In this document: positions 36,417 to 46,315 of the stretch, piece by piece
How the letters are laid out: each line of letters begins with the position of its first letter
Position numbering within the stretch: position 1 is the first letter of the stretch
IMG/VR virus record: IMGVR_UViG_3300010885_020237
Coordinates: 1-64,000 of that record
DNA from: a virus
Reading direction: 5' to 3' (one strand)
Length of the DNA: 64,000 nt
Translations under genes and position numbers: made by a program
The notes under the pieces: model-generated
What the model was told of the DNA's origin: nothing
Databases searched by the model: none
What the model saw: the letters and a program-made list of their open reading frames with translations, nothing else

Positions 36417-38057
36417 TTATTCACATGATACACAATAGTTGAATTTTTTTGCAAATTCTGAGGCTCCCGAAATGTTATGTTGATAATAAAGCGATTTTAT
36501 TCCCATTTCATGTGCTTGCAACATTAGTGTATTTACTTCTTTTGCGGTGGTATCAGAGGTAATAAATAAATTAAGGGATTGACCTTGATCGATATATTTT
36601 TGTCTTTGCGCTGCTTGAGTAATAATTTCAGATTGAGATATTTCTCTTGCTGTTTTAAATACTAATTTTTCATCTGCGGTCAAACAATCTAAATGTAGTA
36701 CACTGCCTTGTTGTTTTTGAATACTTTCCCAGATTTCGTCTGTATTAAAGCCTTTCTCTTCAAGTAATTTCTCTAAGAATGTGTTCTTAATAACAAACTT
36801 ACCTTTAGATAAATCTTTGATCATATAATTACTCATCCAAGGTTCTATACTTTGGGAAACTTGCATGATAAATGCCGAAGATGTGGTAGGTGCAATGGCT
36901 TGAGTGGTGGTATTTCTTCTACCAGTTCCTAGAGTCATTTCACATTCTCCAAACATGTCCGCTAATTCTTGCGATGCTTTTATAGAATTTTCTTGTATAT
37001 TTTTTTGAATAGCGATGTTTAAATTTCTTGCTTCTAAGCTTTCGAAAGGAATCATTTTACTCTGTAATAAAGAGTGATATCCTAATCTACCTATTCCCAA
37101 TGCTCTGTGCTTTTTAGAAAAACTAACCGCTCTAGCTAAAAACTTTACTTTCGATGCTTTTTCAATAAATTCAGTCATCGCAGCATCCAATAAAAAAGTT
37201 AATACTTCTACGCAATCAGTATCTTTCCATTCTTGGTAGTAAAAATCATTCATAGATCCTAAATCACAAACAAATGAATTCTCATTATCAGAAGGCAACA
37301 TAATTTCTGTGCACATCTGTGAAGCTTTAATTAGATTCTTTCCTTTATAAACTTCTGGAACTGATTCGTGATTGTTTGCGTTATCTGTAAAAAATATATA
37401 CGGCAATCCAGTTTCAAACTTCTTTTGAATTACTTTTGCCCATGTTTTTCTTTTTTTAGCATCTCCGCTTTTCATTGCTTCTAACCAAGCATCTGATACG
37501 CAAACTCCCCAAGTAATGTGTTGAATTGGATCTCCTTCTGATCTGATATTTAGCCACTCTTCAAAGTCAGGATGATCGATATCTTGATAAGCTGAGAAAT
37601 ATCCTCTTCTTACTGATCCTTGATTCATTGATTGAGCACATGACTGAAACAATTCTAAGAAAGCCTTTGATCCATTGCTGTGTCCATTATCCGTGATTTT
37701 TGATCCTCTTGATCTTAGCGCTCCAAAATAACCAGAAGTTCCACCACCATATTTACTCATTGTGCCTATTTCTGCTACTGAGCTTAAGATGCTTTCAACG
37801 CTATCATCTACATATACTCCGAAACAGCTAATTGGTAAACCTCTATTAGTACCAAAGTTAGTCCACATTGGAGTACTTAAACTAATCCAACCATTGGCTA
37901 TGTACTGCTGTAATTTTTCACTATATCCTTTGAGCCTTAATATTTGTTCTGCTGCATCTCCAATTACTTTTATTCTATCTTGCACAGTTTGTCCTGGAAG
38001 TAGGTAATCTTTCTCTAAAAATTGTTTTGAGTACTTATTGAGCCAAGTGATATTCAT
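36417..38057 (-). CDS. nrdA: ribonucleotide reductase class I alpha subunit (short, no ATP cone)
   Basis: GLPISCF, GGGTSG, SQMCTEI, AIAPTTSS, DQGQSLN, KSLYY, C-terminal CVSCE. Confidence 0.95.
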   Translation of the reverse strand: MNITWLNKYSKQFLEKDYLLPGQTVQDRIKVIGDAAEQILRLKGYSEKLQQYIANGWISLSTPMWTNFGTNRGLPISCFGVYVDDSVESILSSVAEIGTMSKYGGGTSGYFGALRSRGSKITDNGHSNGSKAFLELFQSCAQSMNQGSVRRGYFSAYQDIDHPDFEEWLNIRSEGDPIQHITWGVCVSDAWLEAMKSGDAKKRKTWAKVIQKKFETGLPYIFFTDNANNHESVPEVYKGKNLIKASQMCTEIMLPSDNENSFVCDLGSMNDFYYQEWKDTDCVEVLTFLLDAAMTEFIEKASKVKFLARAVSFSKKHRALGIGRLGYHSLLQSKMIPFESLEARNLNIAIQKNIQENSIKASQELADMFGECEMTLGTGRRNTTTQAIAPTTSSAFIMQVSQSIEPWMSNYMIKDLSKGKFVIKNTFLEKLLEEKGFNTDEIWESIQKQQGSVLHLDCLTADEKLVFKTAREISQSEIITQAAQRQKYIDQGQSLNLFITSDTTAKEVNTLMLQAHEMGIKSLYYQHNISGASEFAKKFNYCVSCE

Positions 38058-38078
38058 TTACTTTATTATTTTATTTTT

Positions 38079-39053
38079 TTAAAAAAGGTCTTCTGCGTTT
38101 ATTGATTGCGCTTTCTTTAAATACGCAGTCGGTGTTTTGTGAAAGAAATCAGTGTGAGTTTCGCTATCTACTTCTAGATTAAACCATGCCGATTGCTTTA
38201 ATAATTCTTTATTTATTTCAAATATTGGTTGAGCTTCAATCATTTTGAGAGATTCATTAAATCTATTCTTTGTAAATTCTAATACAATTTCTTTAGATAA
38301 AAAAGATAATTCTCCGAGTTCAAATATCCAATTAATGATTTTTTCTTCAGCAGCGTAAGCTTTTTTACATGCTTTTTCTACAGTTTTATAAAAGTCTTCA
38401 TTAAACCAATCAGGATTTTCTTTTCTGATTAAGTTAATGATATATGCTCCTGCCATTCCATGAAGTTTTTCCTCTTTCATAGTGGCTTGAATAACATTAT
38501 CTATGCCTTTAAAAGTATTTTTTTGTTTATTAAACGATTTAATAATAAAAAATTGGCTGAATAGAGAACAGTTTTCAACAAATAAAGAAAATAGCGCTAA
38601 TGTTGACGTGTATGACTGTTTATTATTAGATTCAGCATTTTTAAGATACTTACTTAAATAGTCTATACGACCCTGCATAACTGGATTATCCATCAACTTA
38701 TCAAAAGCTTCATTAAATCCTAGTAATTCTAATACATGACTGTAAGCTCTACTGTGTCTAACTTCAGATTCTCCAAATGTGCTTCCTAAAGCATCAAATT
38801 CTGGTTTTGGAAATTGGGAATACAGATTGCTCCAAAATCTTTTTACATTAACTTCTATTTGAGATATAGCTAACATCGCATTTTTAACTGCATTCTTCTC
38901 AAGATCATTTAAATTAACTTTAAAATCCTGTACGTCAGAATCAAAAGAGTATTCAGTATGAATCCAATAGCTATGATTTATAGCATCAACAAATTCATAT
39001 AATTCGGGGTATTCAAAAGGTTTAAAAGAAACTCTCTTATCAAATATGGACAT
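38079..39053 (-). CDS. nrdB: ribonucleotide reductase class I beta subunit
   Basis: SQIE, SEVRHSRAY, VENCSLFSQF, EEKLH, DFF..TPTAY. Confidence 0.95.
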   Translation of the reverse strand: MSIFDKRVSFKPFEYPELYEFVDAINHSYWIHTEYSFDSDVQDFKVNLNDLEKNAVKNAMLAISQIEVNVKRFWSNLYSQFPKPEFDALGSTFGESEVRHSRAYSHVLELLGFNEAFDKLMDNPVMQGRIDYLSKYLKNAESNNKQSYTSTLALFSLFVENCSLFSQFFIIKSFNKQKNTFKGIDNVIQATMKEEKLHGMAGAYIINLIRKENPDWFNEDFYKTVEKACKKAYAAEEKIINWIFELGELSFLSKEIVLEFTKNRFNESLKMIEAQPIFEINKELLKQSAWFNLEVDSETHTDFFHKTPTAYLKKAQSINAEDLF

Positions 39054-39081
39054 ACACTTATTTTTTTAATACGTTATATAC

Positions 39082-39128
39082 AAAAGACTAACCATTAGAG
39101 CGCTTTTGGCACTCTATGCGGTGTAGTC
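39082..39128 (-). terminator. long hairpin plus T run upstream of nrdB
   Basis: GACTA-CACC..TAGAGTGC-CAAAA-GCGCTCTA..GGT-TAGTC-TTTT. Confidence 0.55.
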
Positions 39129-39146
39129 AATAAAATTTTAATTTAA

Positions 39147-39359
39147 TTAGGCCGAGGGTAACTTACTCTGTTTGTTATTATTAGCAGTATAACTGGCTGC
39201 TATTTTTACATTATTAACATTAATGCTGTTATTATTTTGAGTAACAGGACCACCAGAGTTTAAAGCCGCAATTTGATCGTTATACTTAACTGGTGTCTCA
39301 ACGATTCTATAAGCATCGCCTTTTTTACTTTTCTTGAATATGTCTAATAAAAAACTCAT
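39147..39359 (-). CDS. small hypothetical protein
   Basis: Start MSFLLDIFKK at 39359, after ATATTTAT motif at 39378. Confidence 0.6.
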   Translation of the reverse strand: MSFLLDIFKKSKKGDAYRIVETPVKYNDQIAALNSGGPVTQNNNSINVNNVKIAASYTANNNKQSKLPSA

Positions 39360-39402
39360 AGTATCTGTTTTGTTGTAATAAATATGATCCTTTCTGATAA
39401 AA

Positions 39403-40797
39403 TTACTTTGATAGTTCGAAGAATTTTTTATGAAGATAATCTTTCTCATCAGAACTAAATGCAGCTTTATTTTGCATCTGTGTTCTAGGTGGTCCATTCT
39501 GATTATTTCCATTATCAAAGGTAAGATCATCTTCCTCCATTTCATCTTTATTGATGTCTATCGCACCATTACTAGTATTCACCTTTGCTGCATAAGTCAT
39601 CCCATCTGATCCATATCTATTCTTCATGATATGTATACGTCCTGTTCCATTGACTTTGTCCTGACGCTTCCTAGACAGCGACATTGCAAAATCTGCTATC
39701 ATCATCTTATTATAAGATCCTGCTGCTTTATCACCTTCAATTACATCGTCTTTTGCGCCCATTCTATTTACTTGCGATACTGTCCATACAGGTACTTTTA
39801 ATTCTCTAGCCATACCTTTAACAGCGCTATATATATCGTCAATCGCATCTTTTGGATCAATAGAGCGAGTTTTACTTTTTAATAGATCTACGTAATCAAT
39901 AATTACAATGTCTGGAGCAGATCCTAAATCTCTACACTTTTGGATATGGGCTTCAATAGTATTGACTCCTGCTTTACCCATAGGAAATTCTTTAATAATT
40001 AATTTTCCTTTTAGCTTTTCTATCGCAGAATTAACTTTGTCTTTATGCAAGTGTAATTGTTGAGCATCGATTCCAGTAAATAAAGCATCATATCTTTTAC
40101 CAACATAGTCTTCTGAAAGTTCTAGAGTGTAATGCGCGACATTAAATCCTGCAACTACTGCTTGTGCGCCTAAGTTTACAAGCATCCATGATTTACCTCC
40201 ACCTGGGTTTCCAAATATTAAACCAAGATCACCGATTCCTAATCCTCCCATTAATAGATCATTAATATTTCCCCATGGAGTTGGTACAGCTGATCTTTGT
40301 TCTTGTCTATATCTAGTCTCGATATCTTTTTCGTATTCGTGACCTATACTTTTATTTTGTCCAGCTTTGGATGCTACGTTAATAATGTGTCTAATGTCTT
40401 CCCATTCTCCTTTCTCTAACAATTTAACAGATTCTAAAATAGCATTTTTTAATTGTTGATTCTGACAAAAGTTTGCGAATTCTTGTTCTACGTATTCCTT
40501 ATCTTCATTAGTTGCTTTTAGTGCTTCTTTTAATTGCTCTATTACGCTAACTTTTAAAATATCATTATCAATCTTTTTTACTTCTACTTGAAGAGATTCT
40601 GGAGAAGGTGTCGTATGATACTTGTAATAATAACGTAGTACTTCTGCAACAATCCATTTATGTGATGGTGAATCAAACATCTCTGTGTTTAACACATCAT
40701 TCATATTTTGTAAGAATTCTTTGTGCTTAAGTAAACTAGATAAAACTTTTATTTGAAATCCAGTTCCGTAACTCTGTAACGATCCTAATACTGCCAT
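39403..40797 (-). CDS. dnaB: DnaB-like replicative helicase
   Basis: GNPGGGKS, TLEL, IIDYVDL, SQVNR, MKNRYG. Confidence 0.93.
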   Translation of the reverse strand: MAVLGSLQSYGTGFQIKVLSSLLKHKEFLQNMNDVLNTEMFDSPSHKWIVAEVLRYYYKYHTTPSPESLQVEVKKIDNDILKVSVIEQLKEALKATNEDKEYVEQEFANFCQNQQLKNAILESVKLLEKGEWEDIRHIINVASKAGQNKSIGHEYEKDIETRYRQEQRSAVPTPWGNINDLLMGGLGIGDLGLIFGNPGGGKSWMLVNLGAQAVVAGFNVAHYTLELSEDYVGKRYDALFTGIDAQQLHLHKDKVNSAIEKLKGKLIIKEFPMGKAGVNTIEAHIQKCRDLGSAPDIVIIDYVDLLKSKTRSIDPKDAIDDIYSAVKGMARELKVPVWTVSQVNRMGAKDDVIEGDKAAGSYNKMMIADFAMSLSRKRQDKVNGTGRIHIMKNRYGSDGMTYAAKVNTSNGAIDINKDEMEEDDLTFDNGNNQNGPPRTQMQNKAAFSSDEKDYLHKKFFELSK

Positions 40798-40811
40798 AAC
40801 TTATTTTATTT

Positions 40812-41840
40812 TTAACGATACTTGCTTAATTGATTGAACTTTTCAAACAGCCATATTTGTAAATTGTTTATACTTTTTCCAAGATCATCTTCTTCATAGA
40901 ACTCAGCGAATTCTTTTGGTCTAAATGTCTTAGTGGGATTCTCTAGCACGTATTCTATTTCTAATAATGAATCCTCTGGTATATTTGGATTTTTTAAATC
41001 CATTAATTGTTCATTGATCCTTAACTGATGTTCGAAGTTAGCAATACTTTCGTATGCTTTTCCAGTTCCAGTTTGTGCTTTCTCTAGTACTTCATCTAAT
41101 GTAGCTACTTCATTATTAGCAAATTCAGGGTATAATTTAGTAACTGTTTTAATTCCTAATCCTTTAATGCCAGGTACGTTATCTCCACTGTCTCCTAACA
41201 ATACTTCTTGATTTAAGAAGTTTTGAGGCGTTACTCCGTACTCTTCTAATACCTGCTTGTATTGATAGAATTTTTTCTTGATAGGAGAATATACTGTAAC
41301 TTTTTCATTCACGAGCTGTAAATAGTCTCGGTCGCTAGATACAATTGTAACTTCTCCATTTAATTTACCAGTTATATAACCAATAACATCATCAGCTTCA
41401 ATTTTGTCTATTGATAAAAGATCTACTGGTAAGCATTTTAGGTAATCTATTAACCTCAATATTTGATTTGTAATAGATTCTGCTTCCTGCTCTTGATCAT
41501 CGAATAAATCCCAATTGGTCACTCTACGATAACCTCTATTGGCTTTATATTCTGGATATAAGTACCTTTTATTTGTAGATCCTCCTTGGCCATCGAACAC
41601 TAATATTACTCTAGTGGGTCGAATAAGATTGATGGCGTATCCCAATGATTTGAGATAGCCCGTCAATCCACCGATATGTACACCGTGTTTATTAACATGA
41701 TTGATGATAGTAAAAGATCTTATAAAAGCATTTAATGAATCTATGATTAAGACTCTGTCATTTAACTTTAAAGGCTCTTCTTTTGCCGATTCTTCAACTG
41801 TGTTGAGAGACTCTAACATTTGTTTATATCTATCTTCCAA
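40812..41840 (-). CDS. 5'-3' exonuclease (PolI N-terminal/T4 RNase H-like)
   Basis: IIDSLN, VFDG, YKANR, EADDVIG, SSDRD, GDSGDNVPGIKGLG. Confidence 0.93.
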   Translation of the reverse strand: MEDRYKQMLESLNTVEESAKEEPLKLNDRVLIIDSLNAFIRSFTIINHVNKHGVHIGGLTGYLKSLGYAINLIRPTRVILVFDGQGGSTNKRYLYPEYKANRGYRRVTNWDLFDDQEQEAESITNQILRLIDYLKCLPVDLLSIDKIEADDVIGYITGKLNGEVTIVSSDRDYLQLVNEKVTVYSPIKKKFYQYKQVLEEYGVTPQNFLNQEVLLGDSGDNVPGIKGLGIKTVTKLYPEFANNEVATLDEVLEKAQTGTGKAYESIANFEHQLRINEQLMDLKNPNIPEDSLLEIEYVLENPTKTFRPKEFAEFYEEDDLGKSINNLQIWLFEKFNQLSKYR

Positions 41841-41842
41841 TG

Positions 41843-42910
41843 TTATTCGTTTTCTGATGTATCGAAAATGTCTTTTGCGTCTGTGTCTTGTTCTTCAACA
41901 ATATCAAAGTCTGCTGATCCAAGTACTTGTAACCACTGATGAGAGTACTGCTTCTTATATTTTTCTAACGCAGAAGGTTTATCATCAATAAATCCATGAA
42001 CTGTCATGATTAATTTATTCGCAGCAGTAACTCCTGTGATGTGATTCTTATCGCAAGAAAGTTTAGTTCTTTTAGCAAATTCAACATCTTTGCCATTTTT
42101 GCTGGCTTTGATTTTATTAGTCCCGGAATTTGTAACATTTCCAAAAGTAATAATAAGCGATGAATCAAAAAACATTGTGTCACCTCCTTTATTCTTCATC
42201 TTTGGTTGACCCATAATATGTTCAGCTTTTGCAACCCAAACTTTATTGATCGCTACAAGAGTGTTTGTATAAGGTTGACTCTCCTTTCTTGACATTACAA
42301 TCTTTTGATTAACAAAATTACCGAACTGTTGAGACATTGCACCGGCATTCCATTCGTTGTTATTCGTAGATTTTTCTATTGACATCTTACATGGAATAGA
42401 TCCAACAGAATCCCAAAAGAAACATAGGTCATAAGGTAAATTTCCTTTCTTTTGTTCGTCTAAAATGTCTAATACAAAAGCAGATACATCTTCAATACAA
42501 TTTAATTTCTCTCTATCGATGTATACAAAGAATCCTGTGTAGTCATTAACTACTCCATCAGCATCTGCAACTTCATCAAATTTAAGTCCCATTTCTCTAG
42601 CGTGGTCCCAACTCCATTTCATCTCTGTGATAATGAATACTGGTAATATGCCCATCTTTTGAGCATTAACAGCAGCTTCTAATAGTGCAGTTGTTTTACC
42701 TGTATCAGAATGACCTCTTAAAAGAGTAATGTGACCAACTGGAATTCCAGGAATTTGAAGAGCGTCTTGAAATGCTGGAGATAGTGGTATCCATGAAGCG
42801 TCTTTAAATTTTACAGATGTCGAAGATAAGTTCTTTGATTTTTTAAATTTGTCTAAACTAAATTCAGACTTGATGGCACTTGATATTTTGCCAGTGAGTG
42901 CTTTCGCCAT
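41843..42910 (-). CDS. recA: RecA/UvsX-like recombinase
   Basis: GIPVGHIT..RGHSDTGKT, FFWDSVG, INK. Confidence 0.88.
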   Translation of the reverse strand: MAKALTGKISSAIKSEFSLDKFKKSKNLSSTSVKFKDASWIPLSPAFQDALQIPGIPVGHITLLRGHSDTGKTTALLEAAVNAQKMGILPVFIITEMKWSWDHAREMGLKFDEVADADGVVNDYTGFFVYIDREKLNCIEDVSAFVLDILDEQKKGNLPYDLCFFWDSVGSIPCKMSIEKSTNNNEWNAGAMSQQFGNFVNQKIVMSRKESQPYTNTLVAINKVWVAKAEHIMGQPKMKNKGGDTMFFDSSLIITFGNVTNSGTNKIKASKNGKDVEFAKRTKLSCDKNHITGVTAANKLIMTVHGFIDDKPSALEKYKKQYSHQWLQVLGSADFDIVEEQDTDAKDIFDTSENE

Positions 42911-42924
42911 AACTAAATTTTTAT

Positions 42925-43485
42925 TTAATGTAATGCTTTATTTTTTCTTGAAGAAGGGTTTTTTTGCGGTCCTCTTGGGCCTCTCATTTTTTGCTTCGTT
43001 TCTTCTGTGTGAGCATTTCCTATATGCGCTTTAGACATATTTAATTTAGATTGTTCGGTATGAATTCTGCCTTTATGTTTTTCAGAAATTTTTAAACGAG
43101 TTTCTTTTGAACAAGGCGGATATTTTTTGCCTTTATTTCCGGAGCCGCTATTATTTCCTTTTGCTGATAGACGCATTTTATTTTTTGATTCGTTAGAAAA
43201 AATAAAATTAATCATGCCTTCTCCTCCGTCTGTAAGATTTACTAGAGAACCGGTTCCGATATTTTGTCTGCCTAGACTTTTAATAAGTTCGATTTCTATT
43301 ATTCCAGAATCTTCCCAAGACAAATCTTCATAAAGAATATCAATAAAATAGCCTACTTTATTAACTATATTATGCCAATGTACATTTCTATCAGCTCTTG
43401 AAAATGCTCTTTTTAAAGTTTTTCCTCTACCTATGTAGAAAATTTCATTTGTGTCTTTTCTTCTATGCTGATATATTATAGCCAT
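42925..43485 (-). CDS. GIY-YIG (LEM-3-like) homing endonuclease with NUMOD3 repeats
   Basis: IYQH...FYIGRG...RA, E..LI..LGR, LVNLTDGGEG, HTEETKQKM. Confidence 0.8.
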   Translation of the reverse strand: MAIIYQHRRKDTNEIFYIGRGKTLKRAFSRADRNVHWHNIVNKVGYFIDILYEDLSWEDSGIIEIELIKSLGRQNIGTGSLVNLTDGGEGMINFIFSNESKNKMRLSAKGNNSGSGNKGKKYPPCSKETRLKISEKHKGRIHTEQSKLNMSKAHIGNAHTEETKQKMRGPRGPQKNPSSRKNKALH

Positions 43486-43591
43486 AAAATAAAAAAGAAC
43501 TCAGAGGATTCAAAGATCGCGGAATGACCAATGTTTCGTGAGTTCAATAAATTTATTATAGATAGTTAATTCCGCTAACTTTCTATCCACA
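43486..43591 (-). ncRNA. kissing-loop 5' leader RNA, copy B
   Basis: P1 GATA-GAAA-GTTA[GCGGAAT]TAAC-TATC; P2 GAACTCA..GGTC[ATTCCGC]GATC..TGAGTTC; loops exactly complementary. Confidence 0.75.
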
Positions 43592-43610
43592 ATAAATATG
43601 TTCTCCATTC

Positions 43611-44432
43611 TTAAAATGAAAACAATTCATCGATTTTGGAATCGAGATCTGTTTTCGTCGTACTTAATGTGAATGGTTTCGCAGCTGGTGCTTCTTTCTC
43701 CCATGGTAAATCTCCAATAGGATCAGTTTTTACTACAACTGAATCAGCATTTTGCTTGATCTCTTCTTCAGGATTTAAGTGCGACATTAATGCGCTTTTC
43801 ATCTCTTCATAAGTGTAACGTTTAAACTGAGTCATTGGATCTGGTTGAGTAGTCAACCACTGTTTAACTTTTGCAGCATCATCAGATAGAGGAGTAATTT
43901 TAGTTCTTACTCTTACGCTAGACGTGTTGTACGATAAACCAGTCGTTTCTTTTCCTTGTACATCAATAGTGATATCACGACCTTCAATGGGATCTGTGAA
44001 ATCTCCTACGTCCTCATCTTCAGCTAATGCTAACAAATCCATGTAGACTTGTTTACCAAACCCCCATAAAAGAACGCCTTTGTCTTCTTCGCCTCTAACG
44101 ATAACTGGTACATAGATTCTCATCTTTGGTTCCAATTTTTTAGCTAGCTGCCAATCTTCTTTAACTGAAGACTTTCTTAGTCCTTGAGAAAACTCAACGA
44201 TAGGATCTTTTTCGCCATAATTTGACAAAGAGATCATGGTGTTTTTATTTCCAATTCCATAATGGAAATAAAGCTCCTTAAAAGGATTGCTTTTTGTGTA
44301 CATCGAAGGTACAATACGAACTAAATGTTTACCCACTGTTGGGCCCCAAAGCGTTTTTGCCAGTTCGCCTTTCTGGCCGCCTCTTGGATTTTGTAACGTA
44401 GCGAGTCTTTGCTTTAATGCAGATATATCCAT
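43611..44432 (-). CDS. gp32-like single-stranded DNA-binding protein
   Basis: VRIVP..PF.ELYFHY, DPIVEF, WGFGK.VY, DPIEGRD, acidic/aromatic tail IDELFSF. Confidence 0.85.
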   Translation of the reverse strand: MDISALKQRLATLQNPRGGQKGELAKTLWGPTVGKHLVRIVPSMYTKSNPFKELYFHYGIGNKNTMISLSNYGEKDPIVEFSQGLRKSSVKEDWQLAKKLEPKMRIYVPVIVRGEEDKGVLLWGFGKQVYMDLLALAEDEDVGDFTDPIEGRDITIDVQGKETTGLSYNTSSVRVRTKITPLSDDAAKVKQWLTTQPDPMTQFKRYTYEEMKSALMSHLNPEEEIKQNADSVVVKTDPIGDLPWEKEAPAAKPFTLSTTKTDLDSKIDELFSF

Positions 44433-44496
44433 AACTATAATTGTTTATGAAGTAAATATAACCTAATCAGGTTATTAAAAAAATCTAAAACTCGAG

Positions 44497-44925
44497 TTAG
44501 ACGTTAACTATTCTATGAATAGACGTGTTGAGTTTTCTTAGATCTTCTCCTTGAGTCAGTAAAATTGAATTCTTGTAATCAGGCCAATTGATAGCAAACT
44601 TTGTATCTAATACACCTCCATTTAGAGATTTGATCAAAGTGTTTAAGGCATTAATTGTATATAAGGTATTTGAGTCCTTTTTTCTGTGTAAAAGAATAGT
44701 ATTGTGTAATATCTTAGTACTACCACCTTCAAGTTCAATATTATAAGTGCACATGTATTCTTGAGAATCGGGTGATTCTAATACAAATATTTTTCTGTAC
44801 ATTATTTTGTACTCCTTATTTATCTCTTGTAGCCTATCTTCTAGATTATCCTTAGTAGCAAAGCTACAAAATAACTTGTTCATTAGCGATTCTTGTGTTA
44901 ATTCGAGTGTCTTGAAATCCTGCAT
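44497..44925 (-). CDS. conserved hypothetical phage protein
   Basis: LHRKKDSNTLYTINALN. Confidence 0.7.
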   Translation of the reverse strand: MQDFKTLELTQESLMNKLFCSFATKDNLEDRLQEINKEYKIMYRKIFVLESPDSQEYMCTYNIELEGGSTKILHNTILLHRKKDSNTLYTINALNTLIKSLNGGVLDTKFAINWPDYKNSILLTQGEDLRKLNTSIHRIVNV

Positions 44926-44955
44926 AACTATTGAGTATAAATATGATAAATAGGG

Positions 44956-46257
44956 TTAAAATGAATAATTAATGCCATACTTGTGTTTTACCACTAAGTT
45001 TTCTCCTTCCATTATTTCTTTTATTTTTATTAGAAGTTCTTTTCCATCTTGTATATCGAAGTCGAATAAGAAAGCATCATAGGTGATTAATACAAGCTTC
45101 GTCCTTAGCTTATTGTCATCAAGGTATTGGTTTATACGCTCTATTTTATCTACGTTGACCAGAGTCTCCATATTCTGCACCATGTAATTAAATAGCTTAA
45201 GCTTGTTCATCTCATTTGAGAATTTAAGAATGCTATTAGTAGGTAATGCGATTGCACCTTGTCTTTTGTAGGTTTCCCATAAATCAGTGATATAAGAGTC
45301 TAGTAACGCAAAAAACTTGATGTGAGTGTATTTTTTATTTACTCCTCCGTATAACTGTCTAAAAGTAATTGTTTTTGCCTCAACATATTCATTTTCAGTA
45401 AGGGTGTCTTTACCGAAGTATTGTTTACCAAGAAAGGTATGTATTGATTCTTTTCCCCAATCGTAACCAATTAATGTTCCAATTAATCTTAAGTGATAAG
45501 CTTCAAAATCGAATTCTACAAAATAGGTATTTTTCGGTATAAAGCAGTCTCTAAAATCATTATCTTTTGGTATCGCAAGGAAATTAATGCTATTAAATGA
45601 ATTTGTTGGTCGACCAGTTAGATTATAAAGATTATAATAAGAATAGATAAGATCATTAATTTTAGAACTTGATTCTATGGTTAATTGGTATTTAGTTTTA
45701 AATTTTACCTCATCAATTCTTATTGGATTCTGCTCTACACTTTTATAAGCTGATACCAATCTATTTTGAAATTTAGTGTCTGACTCTAAACCAAAAAATG
45801 CTTTAACAATATCATATAAACATTGGCATCTTTCGTAATGTTTAGATATTGGTATTATCTCATTTACATTTGCTAGATTAGAAAATCTAGAGTAGTAATT
45901 GTGTTGTAATAAGCTTTCACATTCGAATGGACTATAGTTATTGGTTTGATCTAAATAGATAAAATTTATATCTATACTATTAGGCAGGTCTAAAAAATAG
46001 GAGTGATACTTTTTATCTATTAAGAATATGGTCTTATGTTTAGATAAGAACTGTTCTACCGACTTTATATCGAGAGAAAAAGATTCAGAGTGTTTGAAAG
46101 GGAATATATAGCCTTTTACACCGTTATTATAATATAATAGGCTGGGATATGATAGTTTTGGGTGGAATTTATCATTACCTGAAATCAATTGTACAAAGCA
46201 TTCTTCGCCTGCTTGCATTTGATTTAACTGATCTAACGTTTCTACTATAAAATACAT
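44956..46257 (-). CDS. second, truncated family A DNA polymerase-like protein
   Basis: TGRPTN, motif A EFDFEAYHLR, motif B AKTITFRQLYG, motif C ITYDAFLFD. Confidence 0.75.
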   Translation of the reverse strand: MYFIVETLDQLNQMQAGEECFVQLISGNDKFHPKLSYPSLLYYNNGVKGYIFPFKHSESFSLDIKSVEQFLSKHKTIFLIDKKYHSYFLDLPNSIDINFIYLDQTNNYSPFECESLLQHNYYSRFSNLANVNEIIPISKHYERCQCLYDIVKAFFGLESDTKFQNRLVSAYKSVEQNPIRIDEVKFKTKYQLTIESSSKINDLIYSYYNLYNLTGRPTNSFNSINFLAIPKDNDFRDCFIPKNTYFVEFDFEAYHLRLIGTLIGYDWGKESIHTFLGKQYFGKDTLTENEYVEAKTITFRQLYGGVNKKYTHIKFFALLDSYITDLWETYKRQGAIALPTNSILKFSNEMNKLKLFNYMVQNMETLVNVDKIERINQYLDDNKLRTKLVLITYDAFLFDFDIQDGKELLIKIKEIMEGENLVVKHKYGINYSF

Positions 46258-46315
46258 TATTTATAACCTTTATTAGATCAAATATACAATAAGATATTGA
46301 CAATATAAGGTTGAT

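Noticed and set aside
32919-39053. Introns or inteins in polA, nrdA or nrdB
   Set aside because: ORFs are uninterrupted and of compact length; the endonucleases lie between genes
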